This document shows, piece after piece, positions 63,301-64,000 of a stretch of DNA of 64,000 nt. The stretch spans positions 480-64,479 of the forward strand of contig JALOKP010000013.1 in assembly GCA_025456425.1 (NCBI GenBank), given 5' to 3'. A program made the position numbers and the translations under genes. This DNA comes from Acidobacteriota bacterium. Its GTDB lineage: Bacteria > Acidobacteriota > Polarisedimenticolia > J045. Position 1 is the stretch's first letter; each line of letters begins with the position of its first letter. The notes beneath the pieces are model-generated. The model was not told the DNA's origin. It searched no databases and saw only the letters and a program-made list of their open reading frames with translations.

Positions 63301-64000
63301 GGCGACGGCGACACCTTCCCCGGCTGCGCCGACTGCGACGACGCCGACGCCGGCACCTTCCCGGGGGCGCCGCAGCTCTGCGACGGGAAGAACAACGACT
63401 GCAGCGATCCCGCGTGGCCGGCCGTCCCCGGGACGGAGCGCGACGACGACGGCGACGGCACCTCCGAGTGCCAGGGCGACTGCCGCGACACCGACGCCTC
63501 GACCTACCCCGGCGCCCCGCAGCTCTGCGACGGGAAGAACAACGACTGCAGCGACCCGGGATGGCCCGCGGTGCCGGCGACGGAACTGGACGACGACGCA
63601 GACGGGACCTCCGAGTGCCAGGGCGACTGCAACGACGCCGACGGCTCGGTCTACCCCGGCGCGCCGCAGCTGTGCGACGGCAAGAACAACGACTGCAGCG
63701 ACGCCGCCTGGCCGGGCGTCCCGCCGGACGAGGTCGACGACGACGGCGACGGCACCTCCGAGTGCCGAGGCGACTGCAACGACGCCAACCCGAACGTTCG
63801 CCCCGGAGCGCCGGAGGTCTGCAACAACGGGATCGATGACGACTGCGACGACCTGGTCGACGCGGCCGACCCGCAGTGCTGCCCCGACGCCGACGGCGAC
63901 GGGGTGAAGAGCGCCGCGTGCCAGCCCGGCGGCGACTGCAACGACGCCGACAACGCGGTCTACCCCGGCGCCCCGCAGCTCTGCGACGGCAGGAACAACG
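60304..64000 (+). CDS. Giant secreted repeat protein: N-terminal domain + 14 Kelch-like beta-propeller blades + MopE-type Cys-rich metal-binding-motif repeats (3' end outside window)
   Basis: This frame (positions = 1 mod 3) is open from ATG 60304 to the window end and is absent from the ORF track because it has no stop. Signal/TM ALGVALTLGALGLALAAP. 14x [A-V-W-T-G-x-E-M-I-V-W-G-G...G-x-R-Y-D-P...D-x-W]. Then DGDG..C.GDC.D.D....PGAPQLCDGKNNDCS units. Confidence 0.78.
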   Translation, partial: MTAFPEQLRAGARRAIAARALGVALTLGALGLALAAPPLPAPGPAAADPRADWLQRVELLRSAWRDPSAPVPPPEEIARRVADERRMEQALVALTGAPLEPSAIGREWSRMVERSRDPARLLALAEALDFDRLALVETLARPALVERRLRAWWEAREAAAGPARDEAAALRAAVEAGEIDPRSPHARRESVLYLPSGCPAELLQRDDAQPTDDPARWQELRGRWAGLGEPGPVVAGGGGALFEVRLADLDCGAVEVARFAVPAVSFAAWWAGAAASFEPAPAPPTLTREVLAGLPLPLAPGAPLGGDGPSGCDEAWNGASLDDVPDPREGPTAVWTGAEMIVWGGRAGEPLATGGRYDPATDSWRSLRQLGAPAARSWHTAVWTGSQMLVWGGIDGDPLGNGAAYDPASDAWSAIPALGAPAARSRHLAAWTGSEMLIWGGEGPGFTNLADGARYDPASGAWSPLPASGAPSPRKDFAGAWTGTELVVWGGFDLGVYLGDGAALNLAAGTWRPLSGLNAPAARRQHTAVWTGTELVVWGGANATSYFFSGGRYDPATDSWRPTSEANPPAGRRYHTAVWSGSRMLVWGGESSGAGELLATGGAYDPSADTWNEVPATGAPSARRFHAAVFTGTEMLVWGGRSATRSEDTGGRWAPLASSWQAISRGAGPARRARHSGTWTGAEFIVWGGADEVDLGDGARYEPATDAWRATTAQGAPVPRKDHTAVWTGTRLIVWGGRQAEDTRLNTGGRYDPAGDRWFPTSAAGVPTPRWGHSAVWTGSRMIVWGGKETGIPTDTGGRYDPVGDAWLPTDTSTAPSFRRWHTAVWTGSEMIVWGGEAAEILGDGRRYDPVTDRWSSMRTGGAPPPRYHHTAVWTGTEMIVWGGYGAGQLGDGARYRPADDSWAALPSLGAPAPRYYHTAVLTGTEMIVWGGLGNGSLQSGGRFSLASGTWSPTTLVEAPAARHLHAARWTGGEMIVWGGLGGSTLGSGNRYAPGAQADGDGDTFPGCADCDDADAGTFPGAPQLCDGKNNDCSDPAWPAVPGTERDDDGDGTSECQGDCRDTDASTYPGAPQLCDGKNNDCSDPGWPAVPATELDDDADGTSECQGDCNDADGSVYPGAPQLCDGKNNDCSDAAWPGVPPDEVDDDGDGTSECRGDCNDANPNVRPGAPEVCNNGIDDDCDDLVDAADPQCCPDADGDGVKSAACQPGGDCNDADNAVYPGAPQLCDGRNN
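61270..63270 (+). repeat. Coding tandem array of 14 Kelch-like units, period 144-153 nt
   Basis: The W/F of the W-T-G motif falls at 61306, 61450, 61594, 61744, 61891, 62038, 62191, 62338, 62482 and so on. Counted by eye. Confidence 0.75.
63298..64000 (+). repeat. Coding tandem array of MopE-type Cys-rich units, core period 147 nt
   Basis: ccgcagct[c/g]tgcgacgg[g/c]aagaacaacgactgcagcga recurs at 63370, 63517 and 63664, and in diverged form at 63973. Confidence 0.8.

Noticed and set aside
61270-64000. Possibility that the regular ~147-nt repeats are a CRISPR-like or satellite DNA array
   Set aside because: The units are in-frame, protein-coding (Kelch-like and MopE-like) and divergent at synonymous-looking positions. 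There is no short conserved repeat/unique spacer alternation and there are no cas genes.

Overview
This window is about 64 kb of very GC-rich chromosomal DNA. Hand counts on sample 60-nt lines give about 72-78% G+C in the backbone. The host is a diderm bacterium, since LptB/LptC-A, a TolC-type outer-membrane factor and Lgt are all present. MglA, DUF4388/PATAN and MopE-type Cys repeats are reminiscent of Myxococcota- or Acidobacteriota-like lineages, but no phylum can be assigned from sequence alone.

Most of the window is densely packed housekeeping operons, mainly on the minus strand and often joined by 1-4 nt start/stop overlaps:
- rpsA' - rluB - scpB - scpA
- der - mglA-like module
- comEC, then RR - valS - nadC - birA - coaX - PTP
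- split acyl-CoA mutase
- lptC/A - lptB - rpoN - hpf
- dnaK - hsp20 - sigma - dnaC-like
- accA, xerD - dtd, ssb, apt - acyP
- cusCBA-type metal efflux operon
- surE - pcm - tRNA-Pro

The clearest accessory feature is an element of about 8.9 kb (49658-58565) integrated into tRNA-Pro(CGG) and bounded by a perfect 48-bp direct repeat.
- It carries an integrase, an excisionase-like HTH, a Prim-Pol primase, a P-loop protein, two HNH endonucleases and a P27-type small terminase.
- It has no capsid, portal, TerL, tail or lysis genes, which is a phage-satellite-like layout.
- It also carries a visibly lower-GC three-gene envelope cargo: a Trx-fold lipoprotein, a Cys-rich secreted protein and an extra Lgt paralog.

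Other points of interest:
- a DUF4388 protein with a near-perfect tandem MshEN c-di-GMP-binding motif and a GspG-like periplasmic tail
- an MglA GTPase with a C-terminal extension of about 260 aa
- a 658-aa LptC/LptA-like fusion
- an ICM-like residue signature in the mutase
- a Cys-cluster mini-protein in front of cusCBA
- a KKATR-repeat histone-like protein
- a giant secreted protein with 14 Kelch-like blades followed by MopE-type repeats, running off the window end

Many very long ORFs in the track are antisense or alternate-frame artefacts of the high GC content. All calls rest on motif recognition by eye. No database search was possible, and start codons are inferred.
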